A stretch of DNA of 63,811 nucleotides, counting the filler, from Octopus bimaculoides (lineage: Eukaryota): NCBI RefSeq assembly GCF_001194135.2. It is 8 parts of 8 records of this genome, joined end to end, with 100 filler letters (N's around TTAATTAATTAA, not from the genome) between each part and the next. Parts side by side here need not be neighbours in the genome. Positions count along the whole stretch, not along the records: positions 1 to 14,136 come from NC_068987.1; positions 14,237 to 16,306 come from NW_026302210.1; positions 16,407 to 22,993 come from NC_068982.1; positions 23,094 to 29,565 come from NC_068999.1; 4 more parts are not named here. The stretch is one strand, 5' to 3'. The position numbers were made by a program, and so were the translations under genes. The notes beneath the pieces were generated by a model. It was given only the letters and a program-made list of their open reading frames with translations, searched no databases and was not told where the DNA came from. This document shows, piece after piece, positions 12,011-25,249 of the stretch. The stretch's first letter is position 1; every line of letters begins with the position of its first letter.

Positions 12011-12344
12011 TTTGCTGCTGTTTTCATTGTTCTTGATGCTGCTGTAGAAATTGCTGTTGCAACTGTTGCTGTTGCTGTATCACAGAAGCTAAGAGTTCTT
12101 GCATGCTAAGAACTTTGAATGTCTCACTATTATGAAGTGGGTGGTTTTATATTATTTTTCACTGTGCAAAATTCGAAAACCTCACCTCCACTGTTATGAA
12201 GTGCATGAAATTAGAATCCTTGTCACCACTTTTACAAAATGAGAGGATTTTTAATATTTCCATTGTGTGTAGTTCAAATCCTTGTTGTCCCTGTTATAAT
12301 GTTTTATTATGGTTGCAGACTTCTGGTATATTCATTCGCCAACT

Positions 12345-12655
12345 ATCAAATCACCAGCATGTAATCCATGATGTCTCTTCTTTTTAGCTTCTACGACTCT
12401 CTGTATAATATATGGCTGCACATACAACACTGTTCTCCATCCCCAGCATGCATGTGTATTTATACAATTCAGAACCATCCATTCATGGGGGTGTTTGGAT
12501 TTCACCACAACAGTCTCTAGACAGGTCTTGTTTTTTATTTCGCAGGATTTTTCGAAAAGTAACCCTCTTTGGGCAGCAAAGTTTAATTGCTGATGACCTG
12601 ACCTTGCTGGTTTAGTTGCTGATGAACCAACCAGTAGCACAAGAATGACCTTACA
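12345..12655 (-). mobile_element. Probable 5' LTR of the Gypsy element
   Basis: Begins TGTAAGG on the minus strand next to (TA)n; followed by a PBS-like TGGCGAATG (~12341-12333) upstream of gag; no canonical CA end is visible. Confidence 0.4.
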
Positions 12656-12679
12656 TATATATATATATATATATATATA

Positions 12680-12849
12680 TAGTTTTAGGGAAAATAACCA
12701 ATTTTCAAGAACTCATCGATGAAAATCCACTATCACATATAGAAAAATTAATAATTAAAATAAGGCTCAATATAATTTTAATTTTTTATAAATTGATTTT
12801 AATTGAGTTTTTTACCTGTAATTTTGGATTTTGTCCCTAATAATATTAT

Positions 12850-12850
<1 letters not shown>
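12680..12850. repeat. AT-rich interspersed repeat embedded between (TA)n runs
   Basis: Discrete non-microsatellite block bounded by (TA)n on both sides; family not determined. Confidence 0.35.
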
Positions 12851-12887
<37 letters not shown>

Positions 12888-13019
12888 TATATACAGGGTG
12901 CGATGGGTAAATTGTTGCCATTTTATATTTTTAATTTCATGCAATTACATTGTTTCAGTTCTATATTTAAGAGATGAGGAATTATGTACATTGTTTACGT
13001 TATTCACATTATTTAAATT

Positions 13020-13330
13020 TGACGGATATTTTGTCCTCCTCTTGTTTGTTGTTAATACAACGTTTTGGCTGATATACCCTCCAGCCTTCATCAGGTGTCT
13101 TGGGGAAATTTCGAACCTGGGTTCTCATTCCTAAGGTATTTTTCGATGTTATGATTTTTATTATTATTATTATTATTGTTCAGGTCATTGCTTGAAATAG
13201 AACTCAGAATCTTGGGGGCAGTAGCCCATGCCCTTAACCACTACGCCATATGCCTGTAGGCATAATCACATTGTTTGTTTTGATTTTGTTGACTACACAG
13301 TATAGTAGGGTCAGTTTGGGCACTGTCTGT
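13020..13330 (-). mobile_element. Nested Penelope-like terminal fragment plus tRNA-like head
   Basis: Interrupts the maT element; contains a hammerhead-like motif and, at 13175-13255, TGGCGTAGTGG (A box) and GAGTTCTATTTC (B box-like) on the minus strand. Confidence 0.6.
13057..13097 (-). ncRNA. Hammerhead ribozyme-like motif with G12>A substitution
   Basis: Minus strand reads CTGATGA-A-GGCTG-GAGGGTATAT-CAGCC-AAAA-CG: intact CUGAUGA core, 5-bp stem II, GAAA mutated to AAAA at 13066. Confidence 0.6.
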
Positions 13331-13999
13331 GAACAGAAAAAAAACCATGGCACAATTCACTCTACCAGAAATTTGGAAACGACATGCTGAACTGCTTGGC
13401 ATTCAGGCTAGAAGCTCCAATACAAACAGTTTAGAGTGTTTGGGTGTTATCTCAGGACATGTACCGAGAGTAATAAAAATCAAACATCCAACCAACATCA
13501 TGGTGTTTGGAGTGATCACTAGTGGTGGCGGCGTTATGCCTTCATCTTCTCACATGACCTCACACTTAACACAGAGGCCTACATCAAATGCTTGGAGGAG
13601 GTAGTGCTGCCCTGGGTCAAGAGGGTGGCTGTTGGAAGACCCTATGTCTGACAACAGGACTCTGCACCATGCCACACAAGCAGGAGAATCCAGTCATGGC
13701 TGACAGATAATTTCTGTGACCACGTCACTCCTAACATCTGGCCACCTAACTCTGCAGACTTTAACCCCTTTAATGGGGACCGTCCAGAAGAGTTGCAGGA
13801 GAATGCAAAGTCATCTGGAGGCTGTGATTGAGGCTAATGGTGATTTCATTGAATAAATTTACTTTTTAGTATTTCGAGATATTTTTATGTAATTTTAGTA
13901 AATATACTTGTTAAAATGGGATCTCAGTGTTATTTTCACTTTTGCATAATTTAGACAACAGCCTATTCACTGCACCCTGTATATATACATATATCTATC

Positions 14000-14032
<33 letters not shown>

Positions 14033-14136
14033 GTGTGTGTGTATATATATAGATATACGTAATATATATATATATAGATAGATAGATAGATATACGTAAT
14101 ATATATAGATAGATAGATGGATATACGTATATATAT

Positions 14137-14236
14137 NNNNNNNNNNNNNNNNNNNNNNNNNNNNNNNNNNNNNNNNNNNNTTAATTAATTAANNNNNNNN
14201 NNNNNNNNNNNNNNNNNNNNNNNNNNNNNNNNNNNN
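14137..14236. other. Artificial scaffold linker N44-TTAATTAATTAA-N44
   Basis: Exactly 100 nt with a six-frame stop at 14181-14192. Confidence 0.97.
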
Positions 14237-14440
14237 GTGCATCAGCATGGCCGCAGCTCTAAGCTGAAACTATAAACAACAACACACACAATGAGAGTGC
14301 GTTGAGGAATGTTACAACACTGATTGTTAGTGTGTAGAATGCAATGTATGCGATGCGGGTTCGATTCCCGGGTGAAGCCATTTACAATAATAATAAGAAG
14401 AAGAAAGAATAAGATTGAAGTTTAATATTTCTGGAAATAT

Positions 14441-15990
14441 TTATTTGTCAAAATGAAAGAAAGCAAAAGATTGAAGTCTAGGAATAATTCCAAAAACCAT
14501 CAAAGAATTTTCTGAAACATTCAAACCAAGAACTTCACAGACTTCATTTTCATAATTCCTGAGGAGTAAATATTTTGGATTATCTTCAAATGTCAGGATT
14601 TCATCATCTTCAGGTGTTTCCCCTTCAATATGTCCAGGTATTTCGTAAATATTGTTTCTTATATCTGTTATATAAACGCATTCACCATTTATGGTTAAAT
14701 GAGGTCTTGGAATATAATATTCCAGACCAGAATATTTTCTTCCTTCTATTCTTAGTCTCCTCACCAAAGACTTTTCCCTGAACCATTCCACAAAACACAA
14801 ATTTTCCCACCTTCCAGGCTCCTTCTCCCTCCTCAAAACAACAACATCACCAAAAGATGTGACTCCCACACCATCCGCCCCTTCATCTCCCTCAAACCTT
14901 CCCTTTCTCCCCATCCACCCCCAACACACTTCATCTTTAAATTCCCCATCTTCAATATCAACCACATCCACATAATAAAGGTCAAAGATGTTACGGTCTT
15001 TCCAATAATAGTAATCCTTGTTGTTCTCCCATATTCTTTTGTATTTCTCTTCTCTCTCTTCTTGAGTCATGTCTCTAATATAATGACCACCACATACGAG
15101 TTGATTGTCGTTGTAGTTATAAATCCTGTTGTAGTATTTCTCAGTTCTGATGGTCTTTAAACGACGGAGATCCCTGTTGAAGACCCTCATTTCCTTCCCA
15201 AAGGCGACAATGAAACATTCATCTGTCCACCAACATATGTCCAGTGGTTCTTCTTCTTCTTGTTTATGTTGAAGTATGTCCGCTGTTGTTGTTGTTCCGA
15301 TTAATGTGACAATTTCTCGAAATATCAACACACTCACATTCTCATCTAACTTAATTAGTTTATTGTTCTGGTCCCTAATGTCCCAATAATCATAATCAAC
15401 AGGTTCCTCGAATGCAGGAATGGAAAAAGGGACCATTGCTGTTCTATATGGAAGTCTCCTCACTGATATTTCATCAATTCCTGAATTGTCCAAGCTTGAG
15501 ATGTCTTCAAATCTTCTCCATTCAGTTGAAATATTTCTTTTCTTTTGGGAACCGTGGCCATTATGTGTTTTCCTTGTGTAAAACACACACCACCAACTAA
15601 ACTCACCACATTTCTGTGACATAGCAGCTCCCCGTCTTCATCAAATATTTTAACAGTTCCATTATTGGCTTTTTCACACACAACTGTCTTTCCTTCATCA
15701 GAAATATCAAAATCTTTTACTTGAACAGGAAATTCATCTGTTTGTAAACGAGCAACCGGGAACCTTTCTCGATTCACCATAAACAACCCTTCAACATACA
15801 ATTCATTCTCTCTCCATATCCTCCTGGGGCTTCCAACAAATCTTGGTCCTTTACAGTTTATACTGGAGAAATATACTTCCTGTTTCTAAATTCTTTTATT
15901 TAAAAATATTCCCTTGTATTCCCCATTCTGGGTCAAACACAAAATGTTTTGATATCCGGATAAACCGAAATATTTTTCCCACTCACCATG
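14441..15990 (-). pseudogene. Intronless-looking beta-propeller (NHL/TRIM-NHL-like) reading frame with frameshifts
   Basis: Three overlapping frames: HFVFDPEWGIQGNIFKIKEF (~15950-15870); INCKGPRF...VKDFDISDEGKTVVCEKANNGTVKIFDEDGELL (to 15460); and a stop-free ~340-codon C-terminal part to 14441 with repeated beta-strand patterns (PLDICWWTDECFIVAF, YYVDVVDIEDG, ADGVGVTSFGDVVVL, HLTINGECVYITD). The fold call is by eye. Confidence 0.55.
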
Positions 15991-16016
15991 AATGTACAAA
16001 AAACTGTCATCAATTG

Positions 16017-16089
16017 TCATCCCCGTAACTTAGTGATTCGGCAAAAGAGACCGATAAAATAAGTACTAGGCTTACAAAGAATAAGTCCT
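16017..16089 (+). mobile_element. OK-like SINE internal fragment
   Basis: TCCCCGTAACTTAGTGATTCGGCAAAAGAGACCGATAAAATAAGTACTAGGCTTACAAAGAATAAGTCC matches 58861-58929. Confidence 0.8.
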
Positions 16090-16306
16090 CACTCCTCCAT
16101 TTTCAAACAATCAACGCTTAATGTGGGTCAACAAAATCTTTATTTCTTTCTGAATTAATTTCTTTACACAGAAATAAGCCAAGGAAGTTTTAACCTACAT
16201 ACTCACCTATATACACACATATACATCTAAATTCATAGACAGGCCCAAACATATATGCATTCATACCTACAAGTATACACGCATTTATATAGGTAACTGA
16301 GTGTGA

Positions 16307-16406
16307 NNNNNNNNNNNNNNNNNNNNNNNNNNNNNNNNNNNNNNNNNNNNTTAATTAATTAANNNNNNNNNNNNNNNNNNNNNNNNNNNNNNNNNNNNNN
16401 NNNNNN
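16307..16406. other. Artificial scaffold linker
   Basis: N44-TTAATTAATTAA(16351-16362)-N44. Confidence 0.97.
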
Positions 16407-16451
<45 letters not shown>

Positions 16452-17397
16452 ATAAACGTACAAATATGCATGTATGCATGTGTTTCCAGTGCTATTTTTA
16501 ACCAGGTTTTCTATACTATGTCACGTCAGATATCATGCAAGTGTATACATGGGTAAATGATCTAGAACTTGTATACCCATCAACTACACACAGTCTGTAC
16601 AATCCGTATGAGTTTTTCGGTCGGATTTTGCGGTGTATCTGAATGTGTGTGTTGAGTTTCTTGTGAAGACTACGTATACATGTTTACACTACGTATGATA
16701 TATGCTTCCAGATATCCCTTAATTATGATGCAATCTATGTTGAATCCAACTTTACACTTTTAACCATATATTCATATATATATACGTAGTGGACTCTTAT
16801 GTGTATATGTGTCCATGTTTGTGTGTCGGAGTGTTCGTGCATATAGGTATGTATGTATGTAAGTAAGTATGCATGCATGTATCTATGTATCTACCTATAT
16901 ATGTATGTATATAAATATATATAAATATATATATATATGCGTGAGTATGTATAGCTATATGCATGTTTTAAAATGTATGCGAGTGTTTATTATGAAGCCT
17001 AGCAAAGAGATGAAATGAGGAAGCCCACATCTATTCAATCATCTTACAAAGAAAACTTCATCCAACTGAATATATATTATTTGTGATGATGAAGGCGTTA
17101 GTCCACTGATAAAAAAAAAATAAATATAAGAATCTTTGTACTTTATACGTAGCTTTTTGACATCCTCTATTCTGAAGTAAAGGCATTATATTTGATGTGG
17201 ACGAGAAGCTCTCAATTTGAATCGGATTATGGTTTTCTTCTTTGTTATTTTTCTCACACACATACACATTCATACCCCATATTTCTGTACCATTGTGGTG
17301 TTACATAAAGAAAAGATCAGTCGGTAAGCTATTTACGTTTGTATAATATCAAAGTAGCATTATCAGAATATAGCATGTAATCTGAAGGAGATTCCTG

Positions 17398-17437
<40 letters not shown>

Positions 17438-20400
17438 TATATAAACATGTATACATATATATTGGCGTGTAAGTGTACACTTATTTGTAAGCCTACATAT
17501 ACATACATATATATATATTGACGAATGCATGTATGGATGGTTATATACATCCAAACATATATGTTCGTATTACATCGATTTATATGCATATGGTTGTATA
17601 AAATGCATTGATACAGAGATGGCATACACACACACACACATATATACACACACACACATATATACGTATATAAACAGATATGAAATATATAAACATGTGT
17701 ACACGCCTTCATATATATGTGCGTTCATATATTTGGTTTTGTGTGAGCGTGCATCCTATTTTTCTAGCTAAGATAGGCTGTCTTTCTGAACTCGTGCACG
17801 AGTTTTGTTATGTATTCACTGCCTATTATTCACTGTGTGTATGCCGCCTACATTTACACACATAATCACACACAAAAACACACTCACACACGCACATGTA
17901 CACTCAAACACACACACGTGCATACTCATAAGCTCGCACACATACGCATATATATTAATATATATTTATGTATATATATATATATATATATATATNNNNN
18001 NNNNNNNNNNNNNNNNNNNNNNNNNNNNNNNNNNNNNNNNNNNNNNNNNNNNNNNNNNNNNNNNNNNNNNNNNNNNNNNNNNNNNNNNNNNNNNNNNNNN
18101 NNNNNNNNNNNNNNNNNNNNNNNNNNNNNNNNNNNNNNNNNNNNNNNNNNNNNNNNNNNNNNNNNNNNNNNNNNNNNNNNNNNNNNNNNNNNNNNNNNNN
18201 NNNNNNNNNNNNNNNNNNNNNNNNNNNNNNNNNNNNNNNNNNNNNNNNNNNNNNNNNNNNNNNNNNNNNNNNNNNNNNNNNNNNNNNNNNNNNNNNNNNN
18301 NNNNNNNNNNNNNNNNNNNNNNNNNNNNNNNNNNNNNNNNNNNNNNNNNNNNNNNNNNNNNNNNNNNNNNNNNNNNNNNNNNNNNNNNNNNNNNNNNNNN
18401 NNNNNNNATATATATATATATACATACGTACGTAAATACACACATACACACACACACACACACACATATATGTATATATATGTATATATATGTACATGTG
18501 CATATGTATATATATATGCATATATACGTACGTACATACATATATATGTATATGCGCTCCTGTATGATGTTTTTATATATGTAAAATTTTGTATGTATAT
18601 ATGATTTTGCATGTACGAATGTGTAGTGTGTTTGTGTCTTTAGGTATGCTTTACGTATGAGTTCTTTTTTTTTGTGTATCTACCTAGCGTTTTATAATGC
18701 ATGATTCCTGTTGAGTCACTCTGCCTGACATTTAACTCAAGAAGAAAGCTCTCGTGGTTTCAATATCTAATTAATATTTTGTGCCTTTTAATGAAGTTCT
18801 AGTTTCAAATTTAAGCAACCAATACCCCAACTCAAATTTACCAGCTGTTGCAATCCTTTTAAAATATCTTTTAACTCGTACTGGACATTAGATATATTCA
18901 TGCGTATCAAATATTTCACTTATCCCGTTGATTGTTATTGTATTATTTTATCTGTTGAATTGCTCGCAAACTGGTTAGTAAATTCTCCTCGATTCTAGAA
19001 ACTATATTAGGCATGTGATAAAAATATTGTACTCCTAAGGCATTGCTTTGTTCTTCGTCAGGAGAATTATTCTGTTTCATTTCATTAAATACAATAATCG
19101 ACCTACTTTTCAGGGTAAGCCATGGTTTTGCAAGTAGGCTGTAATCTGTCTTTTCCCTTTATGTGTGTTGCTATCCGTCTATATTTTATATTGAGTATCA
19201 CGAATACGAAAATCTGTACTGAACAATGTCGAAAGCTGCCATGTCTATATTAGAGGGCTCCAGAGTGGGCGAGTTTGGAATCTTTGGTTGTGAGAGAAGA
19301 ATATTTAAGTTAGGACAACATAACATTCTTCAAGTAAGGTTCATGTGAGCGTATCACTGAAGTATGCATTAACTTATATATCCGTGAAATTGTTTGCTTT
19401 ATCAGAGCCACTTATCAATTTAGTGCCCGGTTGAACTGCATTGTGTGTGAGTCGTGGTTACTTTGGAAGGGGAGAATGCTGGAAAAGGAATAGTGGTGTA
19501 ATTGTGGAGAAACATTCTATCGGTTGACTATTAGGCTAACTTCCAGAAAAAGTTTCTAATTTAACAGCATTTACTACAAAGTTGGTTTGAAATTCTGAAG
19601 GTATGTGCTTTAATTTTTCACTGTAAGAGATGGAAGATTCTATTACAGCATCCTCTTAAATTATTCTATTTGTAACTCTTCCTTTGTTAGTATTTTTGCT
19701 AATGGCTTGAATTATTTTTAATGTTAATTTATCAAAGAATTTATGCTAACGACAACTAGGCTAATATGAATCGAATCGAAACATATCACGTACATTGTAT
19801 AGAATTATATCGCATTGCCTATAGAATGGAATGTTGCTTATTTCCTTTCAAAGAAATCTTTCATGGAAACATGTGAAGCGTGTGGTGAATTAACTTTTGT
19901 AATCTTTACACGTTTTGAATTAAGTATCCATAGATTTTTACTGGATACACGATACATCAATTCGTTGTCGATCAATAGAACTGTGTGTAGGTCCATTTAT
20001 CTAGTTTTGTCTTTTCTTAAGTTTCATCCACATTCATATCTTCCATTCTTCTATTCATTACTGTTCCTTCGTCTAACACACACAAACACATATATCTATA
20101 TCTGTGCGCGTATCTATGTCCATGTACATAAATATGCGTATATATACGTATATTCGTGAATGCTTGGGTTTCATTCAGTCGCTGCCAAAAATGAGTACAG
20201 TTACATCAAGTGCAACCCGCTAAATATACAATTGCACTCCTACATATATAAATATATACACAGAATTTCAGTAACCAATGTTATTTAAACAATATAGAAT
20301 ATACTTTCTGTCTGACATTCTATCTTCTGATATATTGTAAGTTGAATAATTTCAGGTAAGGAAACTTCATTTCAGATCATGTTTGTTGGAGTTGAACGTA

Positions 20401-20989
20401 AAGCAGAGTATTGAAAAGAGAGAAATTGGGAGTTTCCCACAGGTACAACAAGTAGAATGTCCGTTGAGAATTTACAAAGTAATGTACCGGCAATGGAAAC
20501 ATATCAGTAATATGAGAGGTACTGGCACAGGATTATAGAAATGAAAGAATATCTTTTTAATGTGTATATGGGTATGTTGTAAGGCATACTTCAGTTGAGA
20601 CGGCAAACAACAACCAGACCACAAACAATGACATTATGCATGACATAGGACAGACGATAAAACTGTTTCTGATCCAGTTATAGTGATACTGACCAAAGAA
20701 ATTTTTGGAGGCAACAACACTAGCAACTAGGGGGTTTCATATTTTCAACCATTCCCCTATACGCACATTAGTAGATATGTCTCCAAGTAAATTGGTGGCA
20801 CCGATGACCAGAGAAGATTGTTTTCATCCCTTACTTTCCATGGGAAATTTACAAGCAGAGCTCAACACTAGCAATTTTAGGCACGATAAACTAAGCAGGA
20901 AATTAAGGTGAGATTACTGTAGGTATTAGAAGTAGTTGTAATTTTTTTTCTCCAAGTTACAGTCTTCAAAGGATGCATTGGATAATATA

Positions 20990-21225
20990 ACTGCGTTGTA
21001 TAATAGGGGTTTCAAATTTTGGCACAAAACCAGGAATTTAGTGGGTGTGGTTATGTCGATTGCATCCATTCAGTGTTCAAATGGTACTTATTTTACCGAC
21101 CCCGATAGGAATGAAAGGCAAAGTCGACATCGGAAGAGTCTGAACTCAGAACGTGAAAACAGATGAAATACTGCTAAGCATTTTACCCGGCACGTTAACG
21201 AGCCTGCTAACTCGCCGTTCTAACT
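20990..21225 (-). mobile_element. OR-like tRNA SINE
   Basis: Same layout as 7620-7850 (GGTACTTATTTTACCGACCCC...GAATGAAAGGCAAAGTCGAC...CTGAACTCAGAAC). Confidence 0.75.
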
Positions 21226-21860
21226 GCGCTGTATAATATTACAAACATGTAATATTCAAAAAATATAAACGACAAAATGAACAAGGCTATAATGGGTTAA
21301 AAAATAAATCAAGTCTTTAATATTTTGTAAATTGTAGTGATTACCTTTGCTATGTATATTCTTTGTTTTCAAATTTTCTTTGAAGTTGTGTATTTTAGAG
21401 CAAAAGTAATGTCTACACGGTTCGACATAATTCGCACCACTGTAATTCAAGACTTAAACCATATACTTCAAGGGAGTTTTTCAAAATATTGTGATATCAA
21501 ATAAGGCTTGCTAGAAATTATAGCTATTCAATCAATGACTATACGGATTGTTATGTTTACGTGTAACCCTTATATGTTACGCGAGTCAAATACTGACCTC
21601 TCTATGGGTTCACAATCAAGTAAATTTTCAGAATAAATGTTGCGGTACTTATTCGAACCTATACAATGTGCCACAAAATATTCCTTAATAAATAGATGAG
21701 CATTACAGTAAAGGTTACATTCGGAGTAATTTATCATTCATATGCAAATTGATTACGCTACACGTATTTCGCTTATTCATGTGCCTAAATATCTTCATAT
21801 CGATTTTTTTCACGCGAATCCGTGGTCAGCATGACTATTCACCGTACACTGACAAAACGT

Positions 21861-21903
<43 letters not shown>

Positions 21904-22993
21904 GTCTGTGTGTGTCTGTGTGTCTCTTTGTGTGTGTCTGTGTGTCTGTGTGTGTCTGTGTGTCTGTGTGTGTCTGTGTGTCTGTGTGCATGCGTGTGCG
22001 TACGTATTTGTGTGTGTGCATATGTGTATGTCTGTATGTGCGAATGTATGTATGTATGTATGTATGTATATATATGTACGAATGTATAAACACACGCACA
22101 CCCACACGCATATATATGTGTATGTATGGGGATATGTTCTTTTAAGGTCACGAACTGTTATGAGTAAACATGAACACATATCTGTGGCGTTGGTCAACTT
22201 CAGAAATATATTCTCGCAAACAAAGTGATGACTGCTAAAAAGAAAAAAAAAACTTACAGACATTTAATAACAAATGGTAAAGCATGAAGCCATATGGGTT
22301 CCCATTCAATGAGGCATGTTTACTACAATAAGATCTTCCATATATACACTAACACGCATGTTACACTGTACGTACAGTCACAAAGGCATGCAGCGACACA
22401 CACACGTACACACACATAATACAAGGACATGTGTGTGTTTGTGTGTGTGTGCGTGTGTGCGCGTCTGTGTTTGTGTGTGTGCGTGTGTTTGTGTGTGTGC
22501 GTGCTTGCGTGTGTACACATGTTTCAGAAGGTTAGAGAGGTTCGTATATTTTGCAATACATTCACATGTTCCGGGACGTTTAATATCTAATTCCGCCTGA
22601 TTGATAGCCTCTAATGTCAGCAAACGAGGGACACCGTCTGATATACGCCGTATCATAATAATGTTCTGAAACGGAAAACTTAGTAGATGGTAATATTTGG
22701 CATATGTCATCTTTAGTTTTTGTGGAGATAAACTGGATGGTAATATCTACGAGTCGATTGATAATTGTGCACAGTTGTGTATAATATAATATGCATATTT
22801 GATAACTATAATACTTTACCTGGTGCCGCATGCACGTGTCTAGAAACCAAGATCTCTCGGGAAGTTACTTTCGTGTTCAACGTATTGATGTTGAGATACC
22901 ACTATATTTTATCTTGTCTAGAAAGAATTATACCTAAATATATTCGCCTGGTATCTGTTTACTGATGTTAAGCGATGCTTTGTGACTTTTATA

Positions 22994-23093
22994 NNNNNNN
23001 NNNNNNNNNNNNNNNNNNNNNNNNNNNNNNNNNNNNNTTAATTAATTAANNNNNNNNNNNNNNNNNNNNNNNNNNNNNNNNNNNNNNNNNNNN
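22994..23093. other. Artificial scaffold linker
   Basis: N44-TTAATTAATTAA(23038-23049)-N44. Confidence 0.97.
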
Positions 23094-23249
23094 AAGACCT
23101 TAAGGAAAAACTACGAGAGAGAGAGAGGATGGAGGTGAATAGAATATAACGTAGCATGAATTTAGGAAGCTTACAAAATGAATAAGTATGAATTTAAGAC
23201 AACAAATTTAAGACAGAGGCATGGCGGGAGAAAAGATCATCATCATCAT

Positions 23250-23295
<46 letters not shown>

Positions 23296-25249
23296 AGAGA
23301 GAGAGAGGGGGGACCAGTCAAGCAGCACATCACGCTCTCTATACATATATATTATTGACCACACATACTCCATACTCAATGTATGTGTTGCTTCTTCACT
23401 GGTTCACTGCAGTACAACACTTTGGGGATGACTCCCTTAAAGCACTGAGTGTTAAAACACCTGAAAGTCATAGACAGGTGAGACAACTCACCTCCAATCC
23501 CATTCAGGGTTCATAGATACTGATATTTTGTCAATTTTGTGGCTTATTTCACAAACACACACATATATTTGTATCAACAGTGTGACTTCGATGTGTATTG
23601 ACCAAAAGTTCCACAGATGCAAACCATAGGTAATCATTCAGATGTTTTGAAGTGTCTAAATGATCAGATGTTATTTGCTTCTGTGGAACTTTGGGTCAAT
23701 GCAGATCTGGGTCAAACTTGATACAAATGTATAGCCTCTATGTTGCGTTGTATTTTTCTCTCTTTCATTTGTCCACATTCAAACACACACATTTACATGA
23801 CATTAGAAAGTTTCCTATAGATGACTTCTGCATAATGAATATATATTCAAGTTCAGACCACTTGCTTAATGTGGCGGTGACAAAATATAATGTGGTAGGA
23901 AAATAATTCCTAATAATAAAAATTATTCTTAAAAAAGGGCAAGGGAGAGAACTAAAAATTAAGTGGCGATATACAAGATGGGGTAGGGAGACTGATCTTC
24001 GGAAGCTATGATGCCCACTTCAGACATGTTTCAGTCTTATTAGACTTCTTCAGCATTGCTTAAACAACATAAAACTGTCTGACAGCACAATGACTCAAAG
24101 AGTATACAGATTCTGTGACCAAATAATTCATTTACTAGTCAATTAAAATATTTTAAGTTACCTAATTGGTAAATTATTTTCACACTGTAAACTATTCCCC
24201 AAATTGCTCTGTGATCAGGTAGCTTTATATTGACCCTTTCTTTGCATTTTGAAGTTATTCCCTTCAGCTCTTTTTCAGTTATTGCTAGTTTTTGTTTCCT
24301 TTCTCAGACTAAGAGGGTAAATTCAATTAATTGAGAGTTTTGTTTTTGTATATGTCCTTCAATAGCCCTTTACCTTATTTGTCCTATGTTCACTTTGAGG
24401 CAGTTGCTTATTAACATATTTCTATGCCATGGATTGGCAGATTCATTTTGAGCATCTTTCAAAAATAATACTGACAAAATGTTATTTCTTTTGGTTCAAA
24501 TCCTATTGGAGTCAAGTTTACTGTTCATCCTTTCAGAGTTGATAAAATAAAGTTTCATGTAATCAATTAACCCCTGCTCCTGCCAAGCTGTTGGACAAAT
24601 ATATTTCTACCTTCATATCTGAGAATATTGCTCAAATACTGTTTATTCCAGACAATAGAACATTCTAGCACAAATTTCATGTCCTTTGGTCTGTATTGTC
24701 ATTGTTTTGTTTAAAGTTTAGCTATGTGTCAAGTTTTGTGCCTGTCCCATAGTTTGACCTTCGCTACTTGGTGCTGCAGGTAAAAAAACACAATCACCTC
24801 CTGGGAACTGACAGTTCTCTACTCTTGGTTGTCACCAAGTCACTATGTTTTGTTTTATTTTTTGATACTTTTAATGGTTCTTATTTTTGAACTGCAGCCA
24901 TACTGGAACCACAATGATTCCACATCCTGGAATCCTGTGGTTCCAGGAAGTATAGCCAGATGAGCTAACCTCCATCAAGAAGTGTTCTTTGCCAGAAACA
25001 CGGGACAACATTTTAACTACAGACCATTAAATATACAGTTCAGACCTGCTAGTACTCTACTAAATTAACTAGTTCTCCTGTATCTCCCCAGATACATTTC
25101 CACTTTCTTCTCCATGCCTACTATTTTACCAACAAATTCATTTCTTACATTATATGTGATAATGCATAGACCCTGATAGATAAAAATATGGGATGGTCAC
25201 AGCTGGACTGGGTTTGATCAAAGCTGACTTTGGTTTAAAAAACAATGAC

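Larger units (their letters stand above)
12894..13979 (+). mobile_element. Tc1/mariner (maT/DD37D-like) transposon, internally deleted
   Basis: TA|CAGGGTGC...GCACCCTG|TA termini; transposase fragments IMVFGVITS, NTEAYIKCLEEVVLPWVKRV, QQDSAPCHTS, IWPPNSADFNP, HLEAVIEANGDFIE. Confidence 0.85.

Noticed and set aside
14330-14382. tRNA-like GGGTTCGATTCCCGGG
   Set aside because: Only a T-arm/B box; no D-arm, anticodon arm or acceptor stem, so probably a SINE-head remnant.
17329-18612. Long ORFs of YI/CV/HT repeats here and at 21749-22710, 32694-33023, 43757-44882, 52671-56600
   Set aside because: Translations of (TA)n, (CA)n and N gaps.
18720-19560. Coding-looking unique sequence with faint cadherin-like words (LDIETTR, NNSP)
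   Set aside because: Stops in all frames, and motifs are scattered across frames; cannot be supported without a search.
20330-20920. Possible exons ending AAG|GTGAGA
   Set aside because: No frame stays open between plausible splice sites.
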